Assembly: GCF_049240005.1 (NCBI RefSeq)
Contig: NZ_JBMLTK010000028.1
Location: 8,773 to 72,772, forward strand
DNA from: Flavobacterium sp.
GTDB taxonomy: Bacteria; Bacteroidota; Bacteroidia; Flavobacteriales; Flavobacteriaceae
Length of the DNA stretch: 64,000 bases
Reading direction: 5' to 3'
Positions 33,383 through 43,715 of this stretch are shown piece by piece. The position numbers and the translations under genes are program-made. Position 1 is the stretch's first letter; each line of letters begins with the position of its first letter. The notes under the pieces are model-generated. The model was not told where the DNA came from. It made no database searches and saw nothing but the letters and a program-made list of their open reading frames with translations.

Positions 33383-35755
33383 TTATTTCGATTTGAAGCG
33401 CGCAAACACATTACTCATGATGGTCACAAAACTGATGATGGTAACGGTGCTCAAAGGCATGATAATCGCCGCTACTAAAGGCGATAGCGTTCCGGAAAGA
33501 GCAAAACTCAATCCAACGATGTTGTATAGAAGAGAAATCGTAAATGAGCCATATATGATACGCATCGCATTTTTACTGTACTTTAGGTAAGCGTTTAGTT
33601 TTTCAAAAACCGTTGCGTCGATAATGCCATCACAAGCCGGAGAAAATACGTTCACATCTTCGGCTAAAGCCAATCCGACGTTGCTTTGCATTAAAGCCCC
33701 AGCGTCGTTCAAACCGTCGCCCATCATCAAAACAGTTTTTCCTTCGTCTTGTAGTTTTTTAATGAAGTTGAGTTTTTGCTCGGGTTTTTGATTGAAGTGA
33801 AAACTTACCGAAGCGGGAAGGATGGAAGCTAGTGTGGCTTTTTCCGACGAATTATCACCAGATAAGACAACAATCTGATAGTCGTTTGCCAATTTATGGA
33901 AAAGTTCCGGCAAGTGTTTTCGATAGAGTGTAGAAAAGGTGATGCTTCCTTTGTAAATGCCTTCTATTTCAATATGTACCGCCGTTGCGTGAGTGGTTGT
34001 GTCCACAGCAGCGCCAATCCACGAAGCAGAACCAAGACGCATGTTCGTATTTCCAAGTTTGGCCTCGATTCCTTTTCCCGGAAATTCTGTAAAATCGCTG
34101 AGATCTTCCGCTTTTAATCCCAACAATTCGTTTGAAATCAATCTGCTGAGTGGATGGTTTGATGCGTAAACTGCCGATTTTATGGCAACAAGCTCGTCTT
34201 CGGTAAAGCTGCCCTTCCACGAAAGTGCCGAACTCGACGTGGTGGTAAGTGTTCCGGTTTTATCGAATACTAAAGTGTTTACAGCGGCTAATTGTTCGAT
34301 AACAGCAGCATTTTTTAGATATAGTTTCTGACTTCCTAAAATCCGCAACACATTTCCGAGCGTAAACGGTGCGGTTAAGGCTAAAGCGCACGGACAAGCA
34401 ACGATGAGTACTGCCGTAAGCACCTGAAAGGCCATTTGCAAGCTCGTAAAACTCCAGAAGATAAATGAAATAGCAGCCAAACCGAGCAGGGCAGGAGTGA
34501 AGTATCTACTAATGCGATCGGTGATGGTACTGTATGCTGCGCGTTTGTTTTTAGTAAAAGCTTCGTTAGCCCAAAGTTGTGTCAGATAGCTGTTCGAGAT
34601 ACGCTGACTCACGCGCAGCTTTACTGTTGCGCCATAAAATTTTCCACCGGCGTACAGTTTATCGCCCGATTGTTTGTAAACGGGTTTTTGTTCGCCCGTT
34701 ACAAAACTGTAGTCGAGTTTGGCTGTCGCGGAAAGCAAAATTCCGTCGACAGGTATAAGTTCTTCATTTCGAATGAGGATGATGTCGTTCGGATTGATGT
34801 CGTAAACTGCAACTACAGCTTCCCCACCATCGTCGTTTACACGAGTAACGGCAATGGGGAAGTACGATTTGTAATCGCGTTCGAACGACAAAAATTCGTA
34901 GGTTTTTTGCTGAAAGAGCTTCCCAAGCAACATAAAGAAAATGAGTCCGCACATGCTGTCAAAAAATCCGGCTCCGTGGTCCAAATACATATCAACAATG
35001 CTGCGCACGAACATGGCAACGATTCCGAGTGCAATTGGGATATCCATGTTTAATCGTTTGGATCGGATTGCGTAAAACGCCGATTCGTAGTAGGGGAAGG
35101 CTGCGTATAGAAATGCTGGTAACGACAATCCTAACATCAACCAACGAAAAAACGATTTGTATTGCTCGAGCCAAAATTCACCTACTTCAAAATACTCGGG
35201 AAACGAGAGGAGCATGATGTTTCCGAAAGAGAAAAAAGCTACGCCAATGCGGTACAGTAAGTTTCGGTCGACCGGTTTTTCTTTGGCGTCAAAATGCTCC
35301 AGACTTATACGCGGTTCGTATCCAATATTGGAAAGTATTTGAACCAATTCGAATAGCGAAAGTTTGGGTTGGAAGACAATGCGAACGGTTTTCTTGAGAA
35401 AGTTAACCTGTGAGCGCAGTATAGCAGGAGAAATTTTATGCAGATGCTCGAGTATCCAAATGCAAGAACTGCAATGAATATGCGGAATGTGAAGTGTAAT
35501 GATGTTTGTTTCTTCATTTTGAAATTCGAGCAAAGAGGAAACAATTGCCGGATCTTTTAGAAAAGCATATTTGATACTTGCATCGGCTGGTCTGGCGCCC
35601 GGATTGGCGTCAAAACGGTAGTAATCGCTGAGGTGGTTATCGGTGAAAAACTGATAAATCGTTTTGCATCCAACACAGCAAAAAGCACGTTTGTCGAATT
35701 GAAGTGTGTTTTGTGGGCTAACTAAAGTTCCGCAGTGGTAGCAGGGTGCATTCAT
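33383..35755 (-). CDS. ccoI: copper-translocating P-type ATPase CcoI/FixI
   Basis: N-terminal CYHCG and CCVGC, VACPCAL (CPC), DKTGTLT, GDGLND. Confidence 0.9.
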   Translation of the reverse strand: MNAPCYHCGTLVSPQNTLQFDKRAFCCVGCKTIYQFFTDNHLSDYYRFDANPGARPADASIKYAFLKDPAIVSSLLEFQNEETNIITLHIPHIHCSSCIWILEHLHKISPAILRSQVNFLKKTVRIVFQPKLSLFELVQILSNIGYEPRISLEHFDAKEKPVDRNLLYRIGVAFFSFGNIMLLSFPEYFEVGEFWLEQYKSFFRWLMLGLSLPAFLYAAFPYYESAFYAIRSKRLNMDIPIALGIVAMFVRSIVDMYLDHGAGFFDSMCGLIFFMLLGKLFQQKTYEFLSFERDYKSYFPIAVTRVNDDGGEAVVAVYDINPNDIILIRNEELIPVDGILLSATAKLDYSFVTGEQKPVYKQSGDKLYAGGKFYGATVKLRVSQRISNSYLTQLWANEAFTKNKRAAYSTITDRISRYFTPALLGLAAISFIFWSFTSLQMAFQVLTAVLIVACPCALALTAPFTLGNVLRILGSQKLYLKNAAVIEQLAAVNTLVFDKTGTLTTTSSSALSWKGSFTEDELVAIKSAVYASNHPLSRLISNELLGLKAEDLSDFTEFPGKGIEAKLGNTNMRLGSASWIGAAVDTTTHATAVHIEIEGIYKGSITFSTLYRKHLPELFHKLANDYQIVVLSGDNSSEKATLASILPASVSFHFNQKPEQKLNFIKKLQDEGKTVLMMGDGLNDAGALMQSNVGLALAEDVNVFSPACDGIIDATVFEKLNAYLKYSKNAMRIIYGSFTISLLYNIVGLSFALSGTLSPLVAAIIMPLSTVTIISFVTIMSNVFARFKSK

Positions 35756-35807
35756 AATAATGTCATTTTCCTGAAGCGAAATTCGGTTCTGCGTAGGCGA
35801 AAAGTTA

Positions 35808-35819
35808 TGATAATTGTCA
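35808..35819. promoter_or_regulatory. second copy of the 12-mer TGATAATTGTCA in the ccoI / crp-fnr divergent region
   Basis: Identical to the hemN box. It lies 53 nt from the ccoI ATG and 26-32 nt from the regulator ATG. The flanking -7 boxes are only weak matches. Confidence 0.35.
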
Positions 35820-35844
35820 GTTTTGCCTTAATTTTCGGAAAAAA

Positions 35845-36537
35845 TTGGTGATGTCGAAATGTGAGCAATGCATCGTGAGGCAGTTTAGTGCTGTGAAAGC
35901 GCTATCAAAGGAGCAATTGGTGCGTATGGCTTCTTGTAAAACGTCGTACACGGTGAAGAAAGGCGAGGCAGTTTTTGAGGAAGGCCGCATCACCAACGGC
36001 GTTTTCTGTGTGAAATCGGGTGTTTGTAAGTTATCGAAACTCAGCGCCAACGGCAAAGATCAGATTTTGAAGTTTGCAACAGCCGGCGAATTGCTCGGAC
36101 AACGGTCGCTCATTACAGACGAACCTGCGAATTTAACGGCAACGGCACTCGACGATATGGAAGTTTGTTTCATTCCAAAATCCGAGATTATTGGGTTCTT
36201 CAATGAAAGCAATCAGTTTTCTTTGGAAGTCATGCGTTCTATTTGCGGCGATTTGAAGGAAGCTGATGAGCATAAAGTATCGCTTGCGCAAAAGACCGTC
36301 AAGCAACGTATTGCCGAAGTTTTGCTGTATTTGTATGATAATTTTGGCGTTCTATCCGACGGAAGTTTGCGCATTCAACTTTCCAGAGAAGAACTTGGCG
36401 GTATGGTAGGAACGGCAACAGAAAGTTGTATCCGACTTTTAGCGGAATTACAAAAAGAAGGCTATGTTAAACTCGATCGCAAACACATTAAATTGCTTGA
36501 AATTAATAAGTTACGTCATCTAGCCGAACATTATTAA
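35845..36537 (+). CDS. Crp/Fnr-family transcriptional regulator
   Basis: N-terminal CEQC, a cNMP-binding-like fold (GELLGQRSL), and a C-terminal HTH (REELGGMVGTATESCIRLLAELQKEG). The start may instead be at 35851. Confidence 0.85.
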   Translation: MVMSKCEQCIVRQFSAVKALSKEQLVRMASCKTSYTVKKGEAVFEEGRITNGVFCVKSGVCKLSKLSANGKDQILKFATAGELLGQRSLITDEPANLTATALDDMEVCFIPKSEIIGFFNESNQFSLEVMRSICGDLKEADEHKVSLAQKTVKQRIAEVLLYLYDNFGVLSDGSLRIQLSREELGGMVGTATESCIRLLAELQKEGYVKLDRKHIKLLEINKLRHLAEHY

Positions 36538-36698
36538 CAGACGGGTGATTTACATCTCATCTTTAAACTTCAATGAAATGCCAGCGAGTCGCATCGCTGG
36601 GTCGAAAAATGGAAACAAATCGGTAATCGCAGTACATGGATTAATCGATTTACAACCAATCGTTTTCTAAATCCACAACATAAACCAAATTCTAGGTT

Positions 36699-37106
36699 TC
36701 AATTGCTCTTGTCTTTTGCATTTTTAATGTCGGATAGGTGTAAACGAAGCGCTTCAACCGAAATAGAAATTTCCCAAAATGAGATTCCAAGGGAAATCAG
36801 TAAGCCCAACAAACTCAAACCAAATAGGTAAATACCCGAGGTTTGTTGCTCTAAAAACAACAACAGCATACTAAAAACCGACAAAAACAAGCTCAGTACG
36901 CCAAAGAGTTGCATGTTGCGGATTAACGTTAATCGCAAATTTAAATTTCTGATTTCCAGCAAGGTAGTTCTGCGCTCGTCTTCTTCGTACGATTTTTTTA
37001 AGGATCGAACGATGGTGGCAATGGTTAAGAAGCGGTTGGTGTACGCTAATAAAATAAGCGAAGTAGCCGAAAATAAAAGCGCAGGTGTTTCTATGGATAG
37101 TATCAT
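36699..37106 (-). CDS. DUF2721-like membrane protein
   Basis: MILSIETPALLFSATSLILLAYTNRFLTIATIVRSL plus two further TM helices. An alternative upstream start lies at 37154. Confidence 0.6.
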   Translation of the reverse strand: MILSIETPALLFSATSLILLAYTNRFLTIATIVRSLKKSYEEDERRTTLLEIRNLNLRLTLIRNMQLFGVLSLFLSVFSMLLLFLEQQTSGIYLFGLSLLGLLISLGISFWEISISVEALRLHLSDIKNAKDKSN

Positions 37107-37237
37107 AAGTCTTTTAGATAAGAAAAACAGACAAAATGTCGGTAAATAAGTCAAAAAGTCAGCTAAATTTCCTTTGGAATATAATTTGCCTTATCGCTTG
37201 CAAAAATACAGATGTTTAACTCATAAAACGAAATACC

Positions 37238-37672
37238 ATGAACTTAGTAAAAAGAAATGGCCACAGCGCAAATTTGTTTCCTTCTTTAATTGAAGAATTT
37301 TTTAGACCCGATTGGATGGGTGGCATGCAAAGTGTAAATCACAGCGTTCCGCCGGTAAACATTCGTGAAACCGATAGCGCATTTACCGTCGAGCTTTCAG
37401 CTCCAGGAAAAAACAAAGACGATTTCCATATTGAAATCGACAATGATTTGTTAACCATTTCCAGTGAAGTGAAGACAGAAAATAACGCTGAAGTAGGTAA
37501 ATACACACGTAGAGAATTTACCTTTAGTTCGTTCAAACGTTCATTTACTTTGCCTGATTCGGTTAATACCGACGAAATCAAAGCCAACTACGATAACGGC
37601 ATTTTGAGCATTGCTCTTCCTAAGAAAGAAGAAGCTTTGCCAAAACCAAAGCGCTTGATTGATATTTTGTAA
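37238..37672 (+). CDS. Hsp20/alpha-crystallin small heat-shock protein
   Basis: 144 aa. Alpha-crystallin domain with ANYDNGILSIALPK. Confidence 0.9.
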   Translation: MNLVKRNGHSANLFPSLIEEFFRPDWMGGMQSVNHSVPPVNIRETDSAFTVELSAPGKNKDDFHIEIDNDLLTISSEVKTENNAEVGKYTRREFTFSSFKRSFTLPDSVNTDEIKANYDNGILSIALPKKEEALPKPKRLIDIL

Positions 37673-37691
37673 GTATTTTTCAAGAAAAAAT

Positions 37692-37730
37692 GAGAGTCGA
37701 CTATTATTGGTCGACTCTTTATTTTTTATT
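37692..37730. terminator. bidirectional terminator hairpin after hsp20
   Basis: gagagtcgac-tattattg-gtcgactct followed by ttattttttatttt. Confidence 0.5.
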
Positions 37731-37913
37731 TTCTATCGAACTTTGATACATGCGGTAAAGCACTATACTACCTAAAATTACCGTTCCAACAAAAAAGAGC
37801 ATTCCGACACCAATAAGTAACGTAGCGCCTGGCCAATGCATTAATTTAAACAAACCACCAGCAGTTGAAATTACTAGCCATGCAATCAAACAAAAAAGAA
37901 ACTTCTTACCCAT
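37719..37913 (-). CDS. small two-TM membrane protein
   Basis: 64 aa with two hydrophobic helices. No recognisable family. Confidence 0.45.
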   Translation of the reverse strand: MGKKFLFCLIAWLVISTAGGLFKLMHWPGATLLIGVGMLFFVGTVILGSIVLYRMYQSSIENKK

Positions 37914-38096
37914 AAAAACAACGTTTTATATTTAATTAAATATATCTGTTTTGCTATCAAATATAAAGGAACCATAATACTTTTCAAAACTTTATTAAAT
38001 TATTTAATTTGACAATGATTTTGATCGAATTCAAATTACCTAGTGTCATCCAGTATTGTCAGTATTCAATTTCAAGATTTCGCCTATCTTTAACCC

Positions 38097-39248
38097 ATGA
38101 CTTTAACTGTAGTAATTCTCAATTACAACGTTCGGTATTTTTTGGAGTTGTGTGTTCATAGTGTCGTGAAAGCAACACAAAATTTACAAGCCGAGATTAT
38201 TGTAGTAGACAACAACAGCAGCGATGAATCGGAGCGTGTTTTGCAGGTGTTTCCGCAAATAAAATGGATTCAAACGGGCTATAACTCAGGTTTTCCAAAG
38301 GGAAATAATATAGGTGTTGAGGCCGCAACCGGTAAATATCTGTGCATTCTCAATCCGGATACCGTAGTTCCAGAGGATTTTTTTTCGTCATTTTTGGCTT
38401 TCGCCGAAAGGCATCCAAACTTCGGAATTGTTGGTCCGCATTTAATCGACGGCGCCGGTGCGTATCTTCCCGAAAGTAAACGCGGCGTTCCAACACCGTT
38501 CGTGGCTACTGCGAAAATTTTCAACCTTCACCGGTTATTTCCCAACATATCGTTTTTCAACAGTTATTATGCAGGGCATTTGAAACGCACTGATGTTGCT
38601 GAAGTACCGATTCTGGTTGGTGCATGTATGTTTATGGAAACAGAATTTTACCGACAGTTGAACGGTTTTGACGAGGCTTGTTTTATGTATGCCGACGATA
38701 TCGACTTGTCGTATCGTTCGTTGCTTGCAAACCGAAAAAACTACTATTTGGGTACACTGCTGGGTTTGCATTTCAAAGGCGAAAGTACCGATCGTAACAT
38801 TCAGTATATCAATCGGTTTCGAGAAGCAATGTTGTTTTTCTATCGGAAGCATTTCAAACCGAATTTCCTTTTTAACAATGGCTTGCGATTGGGTGCGTGG
38901 ATTTTCGCAAACTTCAAGAGCAGACAGCAGACGAGAACACAACTTGAACCAACTGCGATTTTTTGGATTGCTTCCAACGAATTGCGCCTCACTGAATTTT
39001 CTTCAATTCTTGAAAAATTCGCAGTTCGCGTGCAAAAAATCGACCCAAATGCCGTACATTCGCAAACGTTTTCGGAAAACGAGCAGAATTTGATAATTTT
39101 TGACTGTAAAAGCGTTTCCTATCAACAAATCTTGGAAATCATGCAAGAAAAGGTACATCCCAAGGTTGGATTTCGGTTTGCATTGGCAAATAGTAAAGTG
39201 CTTGTAGGTAGCGATTCGTCGAACAGCAAAGGTGTTGTTCTGTTTTAA
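38097..39248 (+). CDS. family 2 glycosyltransferase
   Basis: VVILNYNVRYFLELCV, VVDNNSSDES, NSGFPKGNN, YADDIDLS. Confidence 0.85.
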   Translation: MTLTVVILNYNVRYFLELCVHSVVKATQNLQAEIIVVDNNSSDESERVLQVFPQIKWIQTGYNSGFPKGNNIGVEAATGKYLCILNPDTVVPEDFFSSFLAFAERHPNFGIVGPHLIDGAGAYLPESKRGVPTPFVATAKIFNLHRLFPNISFFNSYYAGHLKRTDVAEVPILVGACMFMETEFYRQLNGFDEACFMYADDIDLSYRSLLANRKNYYLGTLLGLHFKGESTDRNIQYINRFREAMLFFYRKHFKPNFLFNNGLRLGAWIFANFKSRQQTRTQLEPTAIFWIASNELRLTEFSSILEKFAVRVQKIDPNAVHSQTFSENEQNLIIFDCKSVSYQQILEIMQEKVHPKVGFRFALANSKVLVGSDSSNSKGVVLF

Positions 39249-39329
39249 TTCCAAAACCCGTTCACATTTTTAAAATTGATTACCGCTTTATAGTAATTTT
39301 GCACCGCAAAGGCGCTTAAGAAAAATATT

Positions 39330-40634
39330 ATGGCAAGATACGAACTGAAGTTACCAAAAATGGGCGAAAGTGTCGCCGAAGCTACCATTACCAATTGGTT
39401 AAAACAAGTAGGCGATAGCATTGCTGCCGACGAAGCTGTACTGGAAATTGCAACTGATAAAGTTGACTCGGAAGTGCCTTCTGAAGTTTCAGGAACTCTT
39501 GTTGAACAATTGTTTCAAAAAGACGATTTAGTTCAGGTCGGACAAACGATCGCCATTATTGAAACTGCTGGTGATGCACCTGCTGCTGCACCAGTTGCCG
39601 AAGTTGCTGCTGCGGTTGCAACCATTGAACAAACGGTTAGTGTCGCAAAAGATTTAGTAACGGCACCCGATTTTAAATCGTCCGATCGTTTCTATTCACC
39701 GCTAGTAAAGAATATCGCCAAAACAGAAGGCGTAAGCTTGGCCGAACTCGATATGATTTCAGGCTCTGGAAAAGACAATCGCGTTACAAAAGACGATCTT
39801 TTGAAGTTTATCGAGAATCGTAAATCAGCACCTCAAGCACCAGCCGTTGTGCCGCAAGTTACCGCCGCTCCCGTTGTTTCTGCTGTTAGCGAAGCACCAA
39901 AGGCAGTTCCGGTTTCGGTAAATGGTGCCGACGAGATTGTGGAAATGGACCGTATGCGAAAACTCATTTCAGGTTACATGGTTGCTTCTGTACAAACTTC
40001 AGCACACGTACAATCGTTTATTGAAGTCGACGTGACCAATATTGTAAAATGGCGCGATAAGGTGAAAACGGCGTTCGAAAAGCGCGAAGGCGAAAAGCTA
40101 ACGTTTACACCAATCTTTATGGAAGCGGTTGCCAAAGCGTTAAAAGATTTCCCGATGATGAATATTTCAGTAGATGGAGATTACATCATCAAAAAGAAAA
40201 ATATAAACTTAGGAATGGCCGCGGCATTACCGAACGGAAACTTAATTGTTCCGGTTATTAAAAACGCCGATCAGCTTAATTTAGTTGGAATGGCTAAAGC
40301 AGTAAACGATTTGGGTAATCGTGCAAAAGCAGGAAAGTTAAAACCAGACGATACGCAAGGCGGAACATACACTGTGACCAACGTAGGAACTTTTGGCAGT
40401 GTATTCGGAACGCCTATTATAAACCAACCGCAAGTAGGTATTTTGGCTTTAGGCGCGATTCGAAAAGTGCCAGCTGTAATCGAAACTCCGGAAGGCGATT
40501 TTATCGGTATTCGTCAGAAAATGTTCTTGTCGCACAGTTACGATCACCGTGTGGTCGACGGTGCACTGGGAGGTAGTTTCGTAAAACGCGTAGCCGATTA
40601 CCTAGAAGCATTCGATGTGAATCGAGATTTTTAA
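39330..40634 (+). CDS. 2-oxoacid dehydrogenase E2 component (dihydrolipoamide acyltransferase)
   Basis: Lipoyl domain (EIATDKVDSEVPS), Ala/Pro linker, E3-binding segment, and catalytic SHSYDHRVVDG. Confidence 0.9.
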   Translation: MARYELKLPKMGESVAEATITNWLKQVGDSIAADEAVLEIATDKVDSEVPSEVSGTLVEQLFQKDDLVQVGQTIAIIETAGDAPAAAPVAEVAAAVATIEQTVSVAKDLVTAPDFKSSDRFYSPLVKNIAKTEGVSLAELDMISGSGKDNRVTKDDLLKFIENRKSAPQAPAVVPQVTAAPVVSAVSEAPKAVPVSVNGADEIVEMDRMRKLISGYMVASVQTSAHVQSFIEVDVTNIVKWRDKVKTAFEKREGEKLTFTPIFMEAVAKALKDFPMMNISVDGDYIIKKKNINLGMAAALPNGNLIVPVIKNADQLNLVGMAKAVNDLGNRAKAGKLKPDDTQGGTYTVTNVGTFGSVFGTPIINQPQVGILALGAIRKVPAVIETPEGDFIGIRQKMFLSHSYDHRVVDGALGGSFVKRVADYLEAFDVNRDF

Positions 40635-40660
40635 TTAAAAAAGACTTTGTGATAAATATG

Positions 40661-40706
40661 GAGACCTTGGATTACAATCAGTAAATCCAAGGTCTGTTTT
40701 TATTTT
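40661..40706 (+). terminator. rho-independent terminator after the E2 gene
   Basis: gagaccttggatt-acaatcagta-aatccaaggtct followed by gtttttatttt. Confidence 0.6.
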
Positions 40707-40938
40707 GGTGCGATACTAAGGTTAAGTTCAAACAAGCAATTATAAATGTGCTTGAAAGTGCTGTTTTTACATAGTACATTACTGTATTCCGAACATCATA
40801 GGGCAGAAAATTGCTTTTTCAAGAGTTAAAGCATGAAATCTAGTCGTTACAAGTACGAAATTTTAATACTAACCCATAATTAATTGGAGCACTTTTCTTC
40901 AAACTACATTTGATTTCTATTTTGTGGAAATTGCAGCA

Positions 40939-42102
40939 TCAATAACTCATTTCAACAATTTCCTTCACTTTAGCGATTGTTATTTGTTGTCGTTCGCCGA
41001 GTGCTTTCCAGCCGCGATTTTCAAAACGTTCAACCACAATTTCGGCAGTGTTTTCATAATTTTCTGTCGCTTCCGAAAGTTTTAGTGGCATTCCCATCAG
41101 TTTTAGAAATGCACTTGTTTTTTCGATGGCTGCCAGCGCTACTTCTTCGTCGGTTCCGCTTAGGTTCCAAACGCGTTTTCCGTACTGCGCTAGTTTGTCT
41201 TTTTTCGTTTCAAAAACAGCTTTGTATAAGTTTGGAGCGATGATTGCCAACGTTCGCGCATGATCGATTTCGTAAAGAGCCGTAAGTTCATGACCAATCA
41301 TGTGCGTAGCCCAATCGGTCGGTACGCCTTTTTGAATCAGGCCATTTAACGCCATCGTAGCACACCACATGAAGTTCGATGCCAGTTTGTAATCCGATGG
41401 ATTTTCAACAACCTCGGGTCCGATTTCCACAAGCGTTTGTAAGATACTCTCGGCAATTCGGTCCTGAAGCAACGCATCGTGCGAGTAGGTGAGGTATTGT
41501 TCCATAACGTGCGTAAATGCATCGACAACGCCATTTTGTAACTGTCGTTTTGGCAAGCTCTGAATCACAGTAGGATCGCAAATCGAAAATTGAGGAAACA
41601 GTGCTTTTCCGCCGAGCGTTAACTTTTCTTGTGTAGCTTCAATGGTAACAACTGCCCCGGAATTCATTTCGCTTCCGGTTGCTGGTATAGTTAGAATGGT
41701 TCCGAAAGGAATAGTTTTTGAACTGTCGATAAAGAGAATGCGCTTTCGCAGAATTTCAATCGGATCGCCTTCAAAATTAACTGCTCCGGAGATAAATTTC
41801 ACGCCGTCGATAACGCTCCCGCCACCAACAGCCAAAACAAAACCGATTTCATTTTCGCGAATAATAGCAACTGCTTTCATCAAAGTCTCGAATCTGGGGT
41901 TGGGTTCAATTCCGCCGAATTCAATGACAGTTTTTCCAGCTAATTGCTTTTTTACTTGCTCGTAAATTCCATTTTTAAAGATACTACCTCCGCCATAAGC
42001 GAGTAAAATAGTTTTATTTTCAGGCAGTAAGCTGCTTAATTTTACAATTTGTCCTTTTCCAAAAACATAGTTGGTTGGATTGAAGTATTCGAAGTTAGTC
42101 AT
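40939..42102 (-). CDS. iron-containing (group III) alcohol dehydrogenase, YqhD/BdhA-like
   Basis: 387 aa. AVGGGSVIDGVKF, and metal-ligand His residues in DAFTHVMEQY and HMIGHELT. Confidence 0.9.
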   Translation of the reverse strand: MTNFEYFNPTNYVFGKGQIVKLSSLLPENKTILLAYGGGSIFKNGIYEQVKKQLAGKTVIEFGGIEPNPRFETLMKAVAIIRENEIGFVLAVGGGSVIDGVKFISGAVNFEGDPIEILRKRILFIDSSKTIPFGTILTIPATGSEMNSGAVVTIEATQEKLTLGGKALFPQFSICDPTVIQSLPKRQLQNGVVDAFTHVMEQYLTYSHDALLQDRIAESILQTLVEIGPEVVENPSDYKLASNFMWCATMALNGLIQKGVPTDWATHMIGHELTALYEIDHARTLAIIAPNLYKAVFETKKDKLAQYGKRVWNLSGTDEEVALAAIEKTSAFLKLMGMPLKLSEATENYENTAEIVVERFENRGWKALGERQQITIAKVKEIVEMSY

Positions 42103-42244
42103 GGTATAAATTTAATGGAGCAAAGTTCGTATTTCGCTTTAAAAGCCGAATTAAAATGAACTTAATGTTTGGTTAAAGTTAATAGGATTGAGCCACCCAA
42201 CTGCAGTAGTTTCTTGGCTATATTTGTACGCTCAAACTCAATCT

Positions 42245-43018
42245 ATGCCACTTTCTTTACACCGACCCATTTGCTTTTTCGATTTAGAAACAACAGGAAC
42301 TGATATCGCACGCGATCGTATCGTAGAAATTTCCATACTAAAAGTTTTTCCAAACGGAAACAAAGAATCGAAAACATGGCTGGTTAATCCAACAATTCCG
42401 ATTCCCGCAGTGTGTACAGCAGTACATGGCATTAGTAACGAGCAAGTAGCCAATGAGCCTACTTTTGCACAACTGGCTCCACAAATACATCAAATGATAA
42501 AGGATGCCGATTTAGCCGGATTCAACTCCGATCGATTTGATATTCCGCTTCTCGCAGAAGAATTGCTCCGTGCAGGTGTCGATTTCGACATGGGCAATCG
42601 CGTATCCGTTGATATTCAGACTATTTTCCACAAAATGGAAGAACGTACACTTAGCGCCGCCTATAAATTTTATTGTGGAAAAAATCTGGAAAACGCGCAT
42701 TCCGCAGCAGCCGACACAAATGCAACCTACGAGATTTTACTCGCACAAATTGAACGTTATCCGAATTTAGCGCACGATACTAAAGGTTTATCTGAATTTT
42801 CAACTAGAAAGAAAATCGCCGATTTTGCAGGAATGATTGCCTACGATAACGACGGAGATGAGATTTTTACCTTCGGAAAACACAAAGGAGCAAAAGTGAC
42901 ACGCATTCTCGAATCGGAACCTGGCTACTTTAGCTGGATTCAAAACGCTGATTTCCCGCTCTATACGAAAAAAGTACTTACGGCAATTAAGTTGAGAAAA
43001 CTGAATACAAAATCATAA
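42245..43018 (+). CDS. DnaQ-like 3'-5' exonuclease domain protein
   Basis: FFDLETTG (ExoI), GFNSDRFDIPLL (ExoII), HSAAADT (ExoIII, DEDDh). I took the start at ATG 42245 rather than the TTG at 42188. Confidence 0.8.
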   Translation: MPLSLHRPICFFDLETTGTDIARDRIVEISILKVFPNGNKESKTWLVNPTIPIPAVCTAVHGISNEQVANEPTFAQLAPQIHQMIKDADLAGFNSDRFDIPLLAEELLRAGVDFDMGNRVSVDIQTIFHKMEERTLSAAYKFYCGKNLENAHSAAADTNATYEILLAQIERYPNLAHDTKGLSEFSTRKKIADFAGMIAYDNDGDEIFTFGKHKGAKVTRILESEPGYFSWIQNADFPLYTKKVLTAIKLRKLNTKS

Positions 43019-43193
43019 AAAAAGCCGTGCGTAGCAGCACAGCGTGGAAATTATTCTTGGTTTTTAATATTGCCAGCTATTTTGGCTCAGATTTATATTA
43101 CCCAGCAATTACGTCGTTTCTCATGAGAATTATTTTTAGAGTAATACAAATTTACGATTTTCTTTTGGTCTTAAATTATTATCGCAAAAAAAA

Positions 43194-43715
43194 TTATCTA
43201 ACCTCTAAACTATCGCCCGTTACGAATTGCTTCGATGTAATTGATGCTTTTGAGTGAAATTCTTGAACGAATATGCTGCTAAAACCAGATAAGGAGTGTT
43301 TAGCAATAATAGTAAGACGAATATATGTGGATTCATCTTGCCATTCTTCTTCCAAATCTTGTGTAGTTCGAACACGCCAAGCATGCAAGCTATTCGGGTC
43401 TGCGGATTTCCTTTCGGGAATGTACGATATAAAGTCCTGTACTAATTTAATGTCCTTTCCTTGAATATTATGACCGCCGATTCCTCCCACTTGTTTGTAA
43501 AAAGTAGGTTCAACACGAACATCAAAAATTTCGGCGGAAGTTTTATTAACGAATTTAAAAAAGTAGTTGATTTGACCATCTAACTCCCTTTTACTGATAT
43601 GCGGCGATATGCTAATTTGAGCGCGTTTTTTTCTAAGAAAGTAAATTAAAAACAAATATGAGGAAATAAGTCCTGTAGCTATACTCAGAAATTGCGAAGT
43701 TAAAATTTCGAACAT
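43194..43715 (-). CDS. hypothetical membrane-anchored protein
   Basis: 173 aa with one N-terminal TM helix. The local sequence is AT-rich. No recognisable motifs. Confidence 0.45.
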   Translation of the reverse strand: MFEILTSQFLSIATGLISSYLFLIYFLRKKRAQISISPHISKRELDGQINYFFKFVNKTSAEIFDVRVEPTFYKQVGGIGGHNIQGKDIKLVQDFISYIPERKSADPNSLHAWRVRTTQDLEEEWQDESTYIRLTIIAKHSLSGFSSIFVQEFHSKASITSKQFVTGDSLEVR

